In this document: positions 9,101-17,343 of the stretch, one piece after another
Numbering within the stretch: the stretch's first letter is position 1
Layout of the letters: each line of letters starts with the position of its first letter
Source of the DNA: Dehalococcoidia bacterium
GTDB taxonomy: Bacteria > Chloroflexota > Dehalococcoidia > Lucifugimonadales > G963668185
Reading direction: 5' to 3'
DNA: 64,000 nt
NCBI GenBank assembly: GCA_963668185.1
Contig: OY764162.1
Location: forward strand, 916,754-980,753
Translations under genes and position numbers: made by a program
Notes under the pieces: generated by a model
What the model was told of the DNA's origin: nothing
What the model saw: the letters and a program-made list of their open reading frames with translations, nothing else
The model's database searches: none

Positions 9101-10204
9101 TCAACCATTCCTCGCCGCCACTATATCCATGAACCTATCGAAGATGTACCCGTTGTCGAGCGGCCCCGGCGACGCCTCCGAGTGGTACTGGATGCTCATG
9201 GCCGGCAGGCTAGTGTGCGCGATGCCCTCCACTGTGCCATCGTTGAGGCTGACGTGGCTCACCACCGCCTCGGCCGGCAGCCCGTCGGGGTCGATCGCGT
9301 AGCCGTGGTTCTGGGCCGTGATGTACACGCGGCCGGTCTCCTCGTCCCGCACCGGGTGGTTGCCGCCCCTGTGACCGAACTTCAGCTTGAACGTGTCCGC
9401 GCCAAGCGCCCGGCCAAGCACCTGGTGGCCAAGGCAGATGCCCAGAATCGGAACGCGCCCTAGCAGCGCCCTGGCCGTGGCCACGCTGTAGTCCAGCAAC
9501 TCCGGGTCGCCGGGCCCGGGCGAGAGCACGACCCCGTCCGGGTTGCGCGCCAGTATGTCCGACGCCGACGCCGACGCCGGCATCGCCGCCACCTCGCAGC
9601 CTTTGCCGGCGAGTATGCGCATGATGTTGTACTTCACACCCATGTCCAGCACCAGTATCCGGCGGCCGCTGGCGGCCGGCGCGGCCAACGCGTCCGAGTT
9701 CCAGTCGTACGCCTTCCTCGTGCTCACACTTGAAACGAAGTCCTGGTCGCCGTAGCCTGGCAGCCCGCGCAGCCGTTGGAGCGCGCGTTCCGGCGTCCCC
9801 TCGCGTGTAATGAGACCCATCATCACGCCCCGGCTGCGCAGCCTGCGCGTGATCGCGCGCGTGTCGACGTCTGACAGCCCGGGCACGCCCGCCGCGTCCA
9901 GGTACTCGTGCAGCGTCATGCGCGACGTGTTGTGGCTGGGGCGCAGCGAGTGCTCCCGCACGACGAAGCCGGACACCTGGATTCGTGCGGACTCGTGGTC
10001 CCCGTCGTTGATGCCGTAGTTGCCGATCAGCGGGTACGTGGGCATCACGATCTGCCCTGCGTACGACGGGTCGGTAAGCATCTCCTGGTAGCCCGTCATC
10101 GACGTGTTGAACACCACCTCGCCGTGAGTCTCCACATCCGCGCCGAACGCCCGGCCCCTGTAAACAGAGCCGTCTTCGAGGACCAGGTATGCGGGAGTTG
10201 GCAT
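9101..10204 (-). CDS. carA: Carbamoyl-phosphate synthase small (glutaminase) subunit
   Basis: Typical CarA: 'AYLVLEDGSVYRGRAFGA' at the N-terminus and the GATase triad region 'PILGICLGHQ'. Start set at Met32 of the track ORF. Confidence 0.95.
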   Translation of the reverse strand: MPTPAYLVLEDGSVYRGRAFGADVETHGEVVFNTSMTGYQEMLTDPSYAGQIVMPTYPLIGNYGINDGDHESARIQVSGFVVREHSLRPSHNTSRMTLHEYLDAAGVPGLSDVDTRAITRRLRSRGVMMGLITREGTPERALQRLRGLPGYGDQDFVSSVSTRKAYDWNSDALAAPAASGRRILVLDMGVKYNIMRILAGKGCEVAAMPASASASDILARNPDGVVLSPGPGDPELLDYSVATARALLGRVPILGICLGHQVLGRALGADTFKLKFGHRGGNHPVRDEETGRVYITAQNHGYAIDPDGLPAEAVVSHVSLNDGTVEGIAHTSLPAMSIQYHSEASPGPLDNGYIFDRFMDIVAARNG

Positions 10205-10214
10205 AGTAAGTCTA

Positions 10215-10586
10215 CTAACTTCTGTCGATCGGAAGCGACCGAGTGCGAATGCGGCGGGTGGAAACGCTGACAATCGAACCCGCTTCAAGGTGCCCACTGA
10301 AATTATCTAGAACTTGCCGGAGATATGGGTTAACCACATTGGGCTGCATGTTCCTGAGCCGGAACATTATGACGCTCGGAAACTGTGCGTCCCTTGCGGC
10401 CATCAGTTTGCTAAAATCCAGATCATGCGTCAGCAAGACTCGGTCCTCATCCAGCGCCAACTGTAGTATTTCATGGTCTTCCAACCTCCCGCGGCCCTCT
10501 ACTCCAATGTGAATGGCGTCGTATCCAAGAGTTATAAGGTATTCGACGGTTCTTGGAGAGATTCCCATATCCACCAGGAATCTCAC
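10215..10586 (-). CDS. DUF5615-family PIN-like / Mut7-C-like putative RNase (toxin-like)
   Basis: 123 aa. 'MRFLVDMGISPRTVEYL...GYDAIHI...D.EILQLALDEDRVLLTHDLDF' matches the DUF5615 pattern that pairs with DUF433. It overlaps the upstream gene by 4 nt. Confidence 0.65.
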   Translation of the reverse strand: MRFLVDMGISPRTVEYLITLGYDAIHIGVEGRGRLEDHEILQLALDEDRVLLTHDLDFSKLMAARDAQFPSVIMFRLRNMQPNVVNPYLRQVLDNFSGHLEAGSIVSVSTRRIRTRSLPIDRS

Positions 10587-10825
10587 CCTAAAATCTGCTC
10601 TATCGGGTGCATGCTCTCGTCAGCCAGCCGCGATGCGTACTCAAGAGACTGTTGTATGTCTTCAGATTCGAGATACGGGTACGCATCGATGATCTCTTTC
10701 ACTGACATGCCGTTGGCCACAAGGTTCAGAACGAGTGATACCGTCACGCGCATGCCACGAATGCAAGCACGTCCTTCCATCACGTTGGAGTCGAATGTTA
10801 TTCGGTCTAAATCAGGCATCGGCAT
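10583..10825 (-). CDS. DUF433 domain protein (antitoxin-like partner of DUF5615)
   Basis: 'RITFDSNVMEGRACIRGMRVTVSLVLNLVANGMSVKEIIDAYPYLESEDIQQSLEYA' is the classic DUF433 pattern. Start set at Met9 of the track ORF, just after the upstream stop. Confidence 0.65.
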   Translation of the reverse strand: MPMPDLDRITFDSNVMEGRACIRGMRVTVSLVLNLVANGMSVKEIIDAYPYLESEDIQQSLEYASRLADESMHPIEQILG

Positions 10826-10832
10826 CCTCTTG

Positions 10833-11045
10833 TCATCGCAGGGTTTCATTCAAACGCAACTCTTTCTTCGCCTCATCCCATGAGATGTAACCCTCGCGTG
10901 ATTCTCTGACGCGGTCGATCTCCTCCAGATCCTGCAAGTCTCCGATCAACTCCGTCCACGAGTCGTAATCCAACAGCACTGCCTTCTTCTTTCCAGAAGA
11001 GTCCACGAGGATTCGCGCACGTTCGATCAAATCACCTGTTTGCAC
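10833..11045 (-). CDS. Small Phd/YefM- or RelB-like antitoxin-type protein (tentative)
   Basis: GTG at 11045 lies 2 nt after the upstream TAG. 'KKKAVLLDYDSWTELIGDLQDLEEIDRVRESRE..ISWDEAKKEL' resembles antitoxin C-terminal halves. The longer track ORF overlaps the preceding gene. Confidence 0.4.
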   Translation of the reverse strand: MQTGDLIERARILVDSSGKKKAVLLDYDSWTELIGDLQDLEEIDRVRESREGYISWDEAKKELRLNETLR

Positions 11046-11047
11046 TG

Positions 11048-12481
11048 CTATGCGCCTCCAACCGTCTCCCGGCTTTCTTGCCGAGCCGCATATACAGTCT
11101 GCAACAGTTCGGTTAGCGCCTCTTTGTGAGTTTCCCATTCGTCACGGCTGAACGCGAACTGTATCTCAGCGCGTGCATCTGTCAAAGGCTCAAGGTTATG
11201 CGGCCAAGTTGTGTGCCTGATTTTCTCTGTCATGGGACGGAACTTATCGCGACACAGGTTGGCCGAGGCTGGATAGAATACTATTCCTATGCCCTCGTCC
11301 CACAGGCCAATTCGAGCATGCGGCGTCAGTTCAGGCCCGGTTCGGGCCGCTATATCAACTCCAAGCCTGTGCAGTACATTGATCGAATCGGGCCAGTTAT
11401 CTCGAAACAGCTTCAATGCATCGCGCGCCAAGTCACTCGCGCCGTTATCGTTGATGCTGTTTTCGATGTACGCTTGGTGAATGGTTCGCACCAGTTTGGC
11501 CAGGGCCTCTTCGTGAGTCGTCCACTTTTCCGCATTTACTCTGAAGATGATCTCTGTTCTGGGATCTTCCAATGGCTCACGTCCCTCCGGCCACAATACG
11601 TATGGAATCTCCTTTAATGGCTTTCTGAACTCATCCAAGCACAACGCCTTGGCCGCTGGAAAGAAAACTATCTCTATTCCCTCGTTCTTGACGCCAATAC
11701 GCGCATATGCCTCTCTCCTTCCCACGATTGGGATGTTGAGCCCGAAAGCTCCTGGACGTGGTCGAGACGTGGGCCAGTTCTCTTGAAACATCTCCCTTGC
11801 TGCTTCAAATAGGTCAGACACACCTGATTCTTCTATTCTGCGCTCCAACTGTATTCTCCGCTCCTCCACGCTAACACGCCGTCTTCGCGAGCGGCGTTCG
11901 GGTTCGGCTGCTGCCTCCACTTCCACTTGCTTGGCCAGGAACGTCTTGCCGTCATAGACGAACCCGTGAAACGTTAGCAGCGAGACCTCCATACCGCTGT
12001 TCTCGGCTAAGAACCTCACCATCCGTTCCGTCCTGTCATCGACGCCCAGCCCAACTAGAAACAGCCGCAGTGGTTTAAGCGACTCCAGCGCTCCATGTCT
12101 GCCGTACCATTCTTCGAAGTCCTCGACTTCTTCGATTCCGTGGGCACCCCCTGAGCGGTCTGAAATGTGAGTTGCAAGTTCGCCCAGTTCCATGCCGTCT
12201 AGGTAAGAGGCGTAGTCGATGATCTGCGCCACCGCCTCCCGCGATAGTGTGCCGCGCTTGAGTTCGAATACGCACAGCCGCCCGTCTTCGTCCACGCCGA
12301 GCAGGTCGAGCGGGCCGCCCTCCGTCGGCGTCTGCCGGCCCACGAGCGTTAGACCCCCGAGCAGCAAGCCGGGATTCTTCGCAAGGACGTTCTCCAGCAA
12401 CTCCTCGGACTCCATTCGATCGGACGTCTGTAGCTGCGTTACGTCTTCGCCGTCAATCTGCCACAGCTTGATAGATTCCAA
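11048..12481 (-). CDS. NucS/DUF91-like PD-(D/E)xK nuclease domain protein with two tandem DUF4268-like C-terminal repeats
   Basis: N-terminal 'GLTLVGRQTPTEGGPLDLLGVDEDGRLCVFELKRG...AVAQIIDYASYL' carries a D..E.K motif. Residues 222-337 and 349-466 are clear internal repeats ('SDLFEAAREMFQENWP' / 'SDLARDALKLFRDNWP'). Confidence 0.6.
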   Translation of the reverse strand: MESIKLWQIDGEDVTQLQTSDRMESEELLENVLAKNPGLLLGGLTLVGRQTPTEGGPLDLLGVDEDGRLCVFELKRGTLSREAVAQIIDYASYLDGMELGELATHISDRSGGAHGIEEVEDFEEWYGRHGALESLKPLRLFLVGLGVDDRTERMVRFLAENSGMEVSLLTFHGFVYDGKTFLAKQVEVEAAAEPERRSRRRRVSVEERRIQLERRIEESGVSDLFEAAREMFQENWPTSRPRPGAFGLNIPIVGRREAYARIGVKNEGIEIVFFPAAKALCLDEFRKPLKEIPYVLWPEGREPLEDPRTEIIFRVNAEKWTTHEEALAKLVRTIHQAYIENSINDNGASDLARDALKLFRDNWPDSINVLHRLGVDIAARTGPELTPHARIGLWDEGIGIVFYPASANLCRDKFRPMTEKIRHTTWPHNLEPLTDARAEIQFAFSRDEWETHKEALTELLQTVYAARQESRETVGGA

Positions 12482-12490
12482 GCTAGCCCC

Positions 12491-12688
12491 CTATCCAGTG
12501 ACCGCATACTCTAGGGTTCTGGGATTGGAGATTCGTCTCGATGCGTCCAGTATCTCCATTCCGACGACGTTCCCGTGATCATCGTAGTCGATGATGACTC
12601 CGGGCTTCTCCTCGTCGCTCTCTTCAATATCGGCATCGTTGAGGAGAATTCTTAGAATGTCCACTTCTTGGTCGTATATCACTTTCAC
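12491..12688 (-). CDS. DUF2283 domain protein
   Basis: GTG start with GGAG 7 nt upstream gives 'VKVIYDQEVDILRILL...GVIIDYDDHGNVVGMEILDASRR', the typical DUF2283 pattern. The longer track ORF (to 12916) overlaps pyrC. Confidence 0.6.
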   Translation of the reverse strand: MKVIYDQEVDILRILLNDADIEESDEEKPGVIIDYDDHGNVVGMEILDASRRISNPRTLEYAVTG

Positions 12689-12731
12689 GATCTTCTCCAG
12701 CGTGCTTCCAATCCCGGCCTGAAGTTCAATT

Positions 12732-14078
12732 CTACTCCACGCCCCCATACACAACCTTGCCCCCGAACACCGTCGCGACCACGCGCCCCCTGAGCGTCGC
12801 GCCCTCCAGCGGCGTGTTCTTGCCCTTGGACGCGAACTCGGCCGTGTCCACCGTCCACTCCAGGCCGGGGTTGAAGACGACAACGTCAGCGGGCGCGCCC
12901 GGGCGCAGCGTCCCAAGCTCGCGGCCCAGGAACTGAGCGGGCGCGCTTGTGAGCTTCTCGATCAAGAGCGGCAGTCCCACGTCGCCTGAGTGCGCCAGCG
13001 ACATCAGCGAACCGAGCGCCGTCTCCAGCACGCTGATGCCGAACGCCGCCTCGTCCACCGTCGTCATCTTGTCGATCGCGTTGTGCGGCGCGTGGTCGGT
13101 GGCAATGAAGTCGATCGTGCCGTCCTTGAGTCCCCCGATCAGCGCCTCCACGGCGCTCGGGCTGCGTAGCGGCGGGTTGACCTTCGCGTTCGGGTCGTAC
13201 GCCTGCCGGGTCAGCGGCGCGTATCGTGAGCCTTCCGCCGTCATGCCCATGACCGCCTCGTCCGTCAGCGTAAGGTGGTGCGGCGTGACCTCGCACGTCA
13301 CGTTGAGCCCGCGGTCCTTCGCCCTCGCGACGTGCTCCAGCGACTGGACCGTGCTCACGTGCGCCACGTGCAGCCTGCCGCCGGTCAACTCGGCCAGCGC
13401 GATGTCTCTGGCAACCATCACGTCCTCCGCCGATCCGGGCACGCCCTTGACGCCGAGCCGGTTCGACACCCATCCCTCGTTGATCGAGCCTCCTTTCGAA
13501 AGCTCGTGCACCTCGCAGTGATTGATGATCGGCAGGCCCAACGCGGAACTGTAGCTGAGCGCTTGCCGCATGAGGTTGGAGTCCGACACCGGCATCCCGT
13601 CGTCGCTGAAGCCGATCGCGCCCGCTTCCGCCAACTCGGCCATCTCGGCGAGTTCGTCTCCCTTGCCGCCCGCCGTGACGTTGCCGATGGGCAGCACCCG
13701 CACCGCGCCCTCCGCCGACGCACGGTCCAGCACGAACTCTATCGCGGCCCGCGAGTCCAGAGGCGGGTTCGTGTTCGGCATGGCGCACACCGTCGTGAAC
13801 CCGCCGCGCGCCGCGGCCCGCGTGCCGGTCGCGATCGTCTCCTTGTACTCGAACCCCGGCTCCCGCAGGTGGCAGTGCACGTCCACGAATCCCGGACAGA
13901 CGATCATGCCGTTCGCGTCCAGCGCCCTAACCCCCGCGTCCGCGGGCAGATTTCCGCCGACGGCGCTTACCAGGCCATCCTCGAGCAGCACGTCCGCCAC
14001 GCCGTCGATGCCCTGCGACGGGTCCACGACCCTGCCGCCCCGGATAAGCACGGGCGCAATCCCCGCTGTGTGTCTCAT
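12732..14078 (-). CDS. pyrC: Dihydroorotase
   Basis: 448 aa. 'PGFVDVHCHLREPG' metal-binding motif and 'DHAPH'. The start overlaps the pyrB stop by 4 nt. Confidence 0.9.
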   Translation of the reverse strand: MRHTAGIAPVLIRGGRVVDPSQGIDGVADVLLEDGLVSAVGGNLPADAGVRALDANGMIVCPGFVDVHCHLREPGFEYKETIATGTRAAARGGFTTVCAMPNTNPPLDSRAAIEFVLDRASAEGAVRVLPIGNVTAGGKGDELAEMAELAEAGAIGFSDDGMPVSDSNLMRQALSYSSALGLPIINHCEVHELSKGGSINEGWVSNRLGVKGVPGSAEDVMVARDIALAELTGGRLHVAHVSTVQSLEHVARAKDRGLNVTCEVTPHHLTLTDEAVMGMTAEGSRYAPLTRQAYDPNAKVNPPLRSPSAVEALIGGLKDGTIDFIATDHAPHNAIDKMTTVDEAAFGISVLETALGSLMSLAHSGDVGLPLLIEKLTSAPAQFLGRELGTLRPGAPADVVVFNPGLEWTVDTAEFASKGKNTPLEGATLRGRVVATVFGGKVVYGGVE

Positions 14079-15100
14079 TCTCCGTCCTCCGAGCGGCGCC
14101 TCGGCGCGGCAAGCGCGGTCAGCACCGCCATACGCACCGATACTCCGTTGGTGACCTGCTCCTCGATCACCGATCTCACGCCGTGCGCCACCTCCGGGTC
14201 TATCTCGACGCCCTCGTTCATCGGCCCCGGGTGCATCACCAGCGCGTCCGGCTTGGCCGCCTCCAGCCGCCTCGCGTTGATCCCGTACCGTTGGGAGTAC
14301 TCGCGCAGGCTCGGCAGGTGCCCCGCCTCCTGGCGCTCACGCTGTAGCCGCAGCGCCATCACGATGTCGGCGCCTTCCAGCGCGCGCTCCAGGTCCGTCT
14401 CCACGGTTATGGAGGCAAACGGATGGTCTTCCGTTCGCAGGCGTTCACGGTTGAAGTCCACAGGCAGCAGCGTCGGCGGCGCGCACAGAACGACCTCCGC
14501 GCCCATCTTCGTGAGGCCCCACATGTTGGACCTCGCCACCCGGCTGTAGTTGATGTCTCCCACGATCACCGCCTTCAACCCTTCGATCCGTCCAAAGCGC
14601 CTGCGAATCGTGTAAAGGTCCAGCAGCGCCTGCGTCGGGTGGGCATGTGCGCCGTCGCCCGCGTTCACGATAGCCGCATCGAGGTGACGCGCCAGCAGGT
14701 ACGGCGCTCCCGCGTGCGGATGACGGATCACGATCACATCCGCCCTCATCGCCTGGAGCGTCAGCGCGGTGTTGTACAGCGACTCCCCCTTCTCCATGCT
14801 CGTACCGTTGCCGGAGAGATTGATCACGTCCGCGCTCAGTATCTTGCCCGCCTGCTCGAAAGAGACGCGCGTCCTCGTGCTGGCCTCCACGAACAGCGTG
14901 AGAACGCTCTTCCCGCGAAGAGTCGGCACCTTCTTGATGTCCCTGTTCAGCACCTCTGACATGGCCTCGGCGTTGTCCAGGACCTCTTCGATTTCGCTCC
15001 GTGTGTAGTCGTCCAGATCCAGGACGTGCCTGCGAGGCGCTGGTCGGGTGCGGGCGATGTTCGTTCGGGACTTCGTTGCCGCGCTGGCAGTGAGCGTCAC
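14075..15100 (-). CDS. pyrB: Aspartate carbamoyltransferase catalytic subunit
   Basis: Canonical motifs '[11 protein letters not shown]', '[10 protein letters not shown]' and 'HPGPMNEG'. The start overlaps the pyrR stop by 4 nt. Confidence 0.95.
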   Translation of the reverse strand: MTLTASAATKSRTNIARTRPAPRRHVLDLDDYTRSEIEEVLDNAEAMSEVLNRDIKKVPTLRGKSVLTLFVEASTRTRVSFEQAGKILSADVINLSGNGTSMEKGESLYNTALTLQAMRADVIVIRHPHAGAPYLLARHLDAAIVNAGDGAHAHPTQALLDLYTIRRRFGRIEGLKAVIVGDINYSRVARSNMWGLTKMGAEVVLCAPPTLLPVDFNRERLRTEDHPFASITVETDLERALEGADIVMALRLQRERQEAGHLPSLREYSQRYGINARRLEAAKPDALVMHPGPMNEGVEIDPEVAHGVRSVIEEQVTNGVSVRMAVLTALAAPRRRSEDGE

Positions 15101-15648
15101 TTTGCCCTCCTTGTCACCAGGTCCACGCGGTCGAAGCCGTCCGTCTCCTCCACGCGCACGTCAACCTCTTCGTCGGCGCGCGTCGGGATGTTCTTGCCCA
15201 CGTAGTCCGGCCTGATCGGAAGCTCTCGGTGTCCGCGGTCCACCAGTACCGCCAGCCTGATCTCGCTGGGCCGGCCGAAGTCCATCAGCGCGTCCATCGC
15301 CGCGCGGATCGACCTCCCCGTGTAAAGGACGTCGTCCACGAGCACGATCCGCTTGCCGTCGATGCCAACCGGAATGTCGGTGGGCCTGACAACCGGACGC
15401 GCGCCGGAAGCGATGTCGTCTCTATACAGGCCGATGTCCAGCGAGCCGACGGGCGGGTAGGTTCGCTCGAATTCGCCGATGATATGCGAAATCCGTTCGG
15501 CCAGCGGGACGCCTCGCGTGTGCATCCCCACGAGGACGAGGCCGTCCACGCCGCTGTTTCGCTCCACGATCTCATGAGAGATTCTGACCAGCGAGCGGCG
15601 CATGTCCTCGGTCGTGAGGACCACCCTGTCAGTGGTCATTCCCGGCAT
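15097..15648 (-). CDS. pyrR: Bifunctional pyr operon regulator / uracil phosphoribosyltransferase
   Basis: '[14 protein letters not shown]...[14 protein letters not shown]' and the PRPP motif '[17 protein letters not shown]'. Start set at Met57 of the track ORF (Met60 is also possible). The upstream part of the track ORF is the leader RNA. Confidence 0.9.
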   Translation of the reverse strand: MPGMTTDRVVLTTEDMRRSLVRISHEIVERNSGVDGLVLVGMHTRGVPLAERISHIIGEFERTYPPVGSLDIGLYRDDIASGARPVVRPTDIPVGIDGKRIVLVDDVLYTGRSIRAAMDALMDFGRPSEIRLAVLVDRGHRELPIRPDYVGKNIPTRADEEVDVRVEETDGFDRVDLVTRRAK

Positions 15649-15650
15649 GT

Positions 15651-15816
15651 CGCGTTCGGAACTGGCAGCAAAACAAAACCCCCTGCCTTCGCTGGCAAGG
15701 GGCTTAACGCTTCTCCGCGCGGCTTTCAGCGCCGCCGCCGTCTCGGCTGCCCGCCCTTGCCAGCCTCTCAGGACTGAATTAAAGGAACGCCGAAACGAAT
15801 CTATGCTCTCTGGCAA
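15651..15816 (-). promoter_or_regulatory. PyrR-dependent transcription attenuator (pyr leader)
   Basis: Minus-strand AGUCCUGAGAGGCU (plus 15762-15775) matches the PyrR binding-loop consensus ARUCCAGAGAGGYU with one mismatch. A second CCAGAGAG core lies at plus 15805-15814. It is followed by a terminator hairpin. Confidence 0.65.
15670..15702 (-). terminator. Intrinsic terminator of the pyr attenuator
   Basis: Minus strand reads CCCCTTGCC-agcgaa-GGCAGGGG followed by TTTTGTTTT, located 20-50 nt upstream of the pyrR start. Confidence 0.6.
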
Positions 15817-15864
15817 ACATCATAGCCGATCCAGACGTCGCCCTTCAACCGAACCGCCGTCAGG

Positions 15865-15988
15865 GTAACTGTTCACACTCCGTGAGAGACTATGTACTCC
15901 TCTTGCCTCTTCCCCAGTCTGCTGGGGAAGATTGAGATGGGGTAAGAGCGGCGATTGCTGGGCCGCCTCATCAGCACTGAACACTTAC
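15865..15988. mobile_element. MITE-like element, copy 1 (carries a family-C hairpin cttccccagtctgctggggaag)
   Basis: Ends are GTAACTGTTCAC... and ...CTGAACACTTAC, which form terminal inverted repeats. It shares ends and subterminal sequence with the copies at 20335-20448 and 37731-37844. Confidence 0.55.
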
Positions 15989-16003
15989 GCCTTCAATCAT
16001 CAG

Positions 16004-16222
16004 TGGACATCTGCGAACTAGAGTGCTATTCTCATCGCGTGGACATCATGACAGTCGCTCAGGAGCCGCTCCGCAGCCGGTCGTCGATGGGACATTTTGG
16101 GGACATTTCTGAGTCATTTCAGAGTCACGATGGGACACGCCAGCTACGGCGGATGGGGCGGCTCTGGGACATCGGCGAAGCTTCTCAGCTTTGGCATGTC
16201 CCGAAATGCCCCAGAATGTCCC
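16004..16222. repeat. Phased array of the heptamer (T)GGGACAT and its inverted form ATGTCCC
   Basis: Forward copies at 16004, 16040 (TGGACAT), 16089, 16100 (GGGACAT), 16111, 16122 (GAGTCAT/C), 16132 (GGGACAC) and 16166 (GGGACAT). Inverted copies at 16196 (ATGTCCC), 16206 (ATGCCCC) and 16216 (ATGTCCC). Central spacing is 11,11,11,10 nt and the inverted copies are 10 nt apart. The array ends 24 nt before the SD of the next gene. Confidence 0.7.
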
Positions 16223-16259
16223 ACATTTTTTTAGGATAGGCCGGAAGGAGGAGCAGTCC

Positions 16260-17309
16260 TTGGATTTTGATCCGACAGTGAGAACGGCGATCATCGGTTG
16301 CGGAGGTCTGGCGCGCAACCGGGTCAGGGAGATTCTGGCCGGCTTTCGCAATACGCACATCCCCGTGGTGTGCGAGCCGTCCGACGAGGCCTTCGAGCGG
16401 ATGGCGACGCTGTTCGAGGAGTCTGGCCGAGCAGTGCCGGTCAACGTGCCGGACCTGTCCACAATGCTCGATCAGCATGTGGACAGGCTCGATGCGGCGT
16501 ATGTGGTCACTCCCCACGCCCTGCACTTCAGCCAGGCCGACGCATGCCTGAAGGCAGGGCTTGACGTCCTAGTCGAGAAGCCGATGGTGATGAACGCGGA
16601 GGAGGCGAGGAAGCTCATCGAGACTCGCGACAGCACAGGGCGCATGCTGACGGTAGCGTTTCAGGGGAGCCTGCTTCCACATGTCCGCAAGGCGGCGGAG
16701 ATGCTTCGCTCAGGCGAACTGGGCGAAGTCCAGAGCATTTCGGGCGTCATCTGGCAAAACTGGGTTGGGCTGGCAGCGGACTCATGGCGCATGAGGCCGG
16801 AGCTCTCAGGCGGCGGGTTTGTGTTCGACAGCGGGGCCCACATGCTGAACACCGTGTCCGACCTCGCCGGAGAGGACTTCGCAGACGTCTGGGCGCTGCT
16901 GGACTACCAGGGCGGCCCGGTTGAGATCAACGCGGTCATAATGGGCAGGCTGCGGTCCGGAGTGCTGGTGACAATCCACGCCTGCGGCAATACGGCGAAG
17001 TCGTGCGCGTCCGATATTCGCGTGTTCTGCTCGAAGGCGGCGCTCAGGACAGGCGCGTGGGGCGAATCGCTGGAGATACTGCGACAACAACCGGAAGACT
17101 GGCATCTCAAGGGACAGCGGCGGGACCAGGGATGGGAGCGGGTGGAAGTGCGTGACTCACGCGGCGTCTGGGAGGAGTTCCTGTCCGCCCGCGAAGGCGT
17201 GATCGTCAACCCGTCCCCGCCTGAGCTTGGCCTGAGGATGGCCATTCTCTGGGACGCGATCAGAGAGTCTGCAAGTCAGGACGGTACGCCCGTCCGTCTG
17301 AAAACCTGA
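16260..17309 (+). CDS. Gfo/Idh/MocA-family NAD(P)-dependent oxidoreductase
   Basis: TTG start at 16260 with GGAGGAG 7 nt upstream. Rossmann N-terminus '[13 protein letters not shown]' and 'VLVEKPM'. The track's ATG at 16191 lies inside the heptamer array. Confidence 0.8.
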   Translation: MDFDPTVRTAIIGCGGLARNRVREILAGFRNTHIPVVCEPSDEAFERMATLFEESGRAVPVNVPDLSTMLDQHVDRLDAAYVVTPHALHFSQADACLKAGLDVLVEKPMVMNAEEARKLIETRDSTGRMLTVAFQGSLLPHVRKAAEMLRSGELGEVQSISGVIWQNWVGLAADSWRMRPELSGGGFVFDSGAHMLNTVSDLAGEDFADVWALLDYQGGPVEINAVIMGRLRSGVLVTIHACGNTAKSCASDIRVFCSKAALRTGAWGESLEILRQQPEDWHLKGQRRDQGWERVEVRDSRGVWEEFLSAREGVIVNPSPPELGLRMAILWDAIRESASQDGTPVRLKT

Positions 17310-17343
17310 GCGCGAGTACAATATCGGAACGTCAGGAGCAGTT

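Noticed and set aside
12886-14549. 300-aa (minus) and 424-aa (plus) ORFs inside pyrC/pyrB
   Set aside because: These are shadow frames of well-supported pyrC and pyrB, and the translations are Arg-rich nonsense.
15955-16239. 94-aa plus-strand ORF upstream of the sugar operon
   Set aside because: It has no RBS and its sequence is made of the GGGACAT heptamer array. The downstream oxidoreductase has a well-supported TTG start at 16260 with its own SD. Treated as regulatory or repeat DNA.
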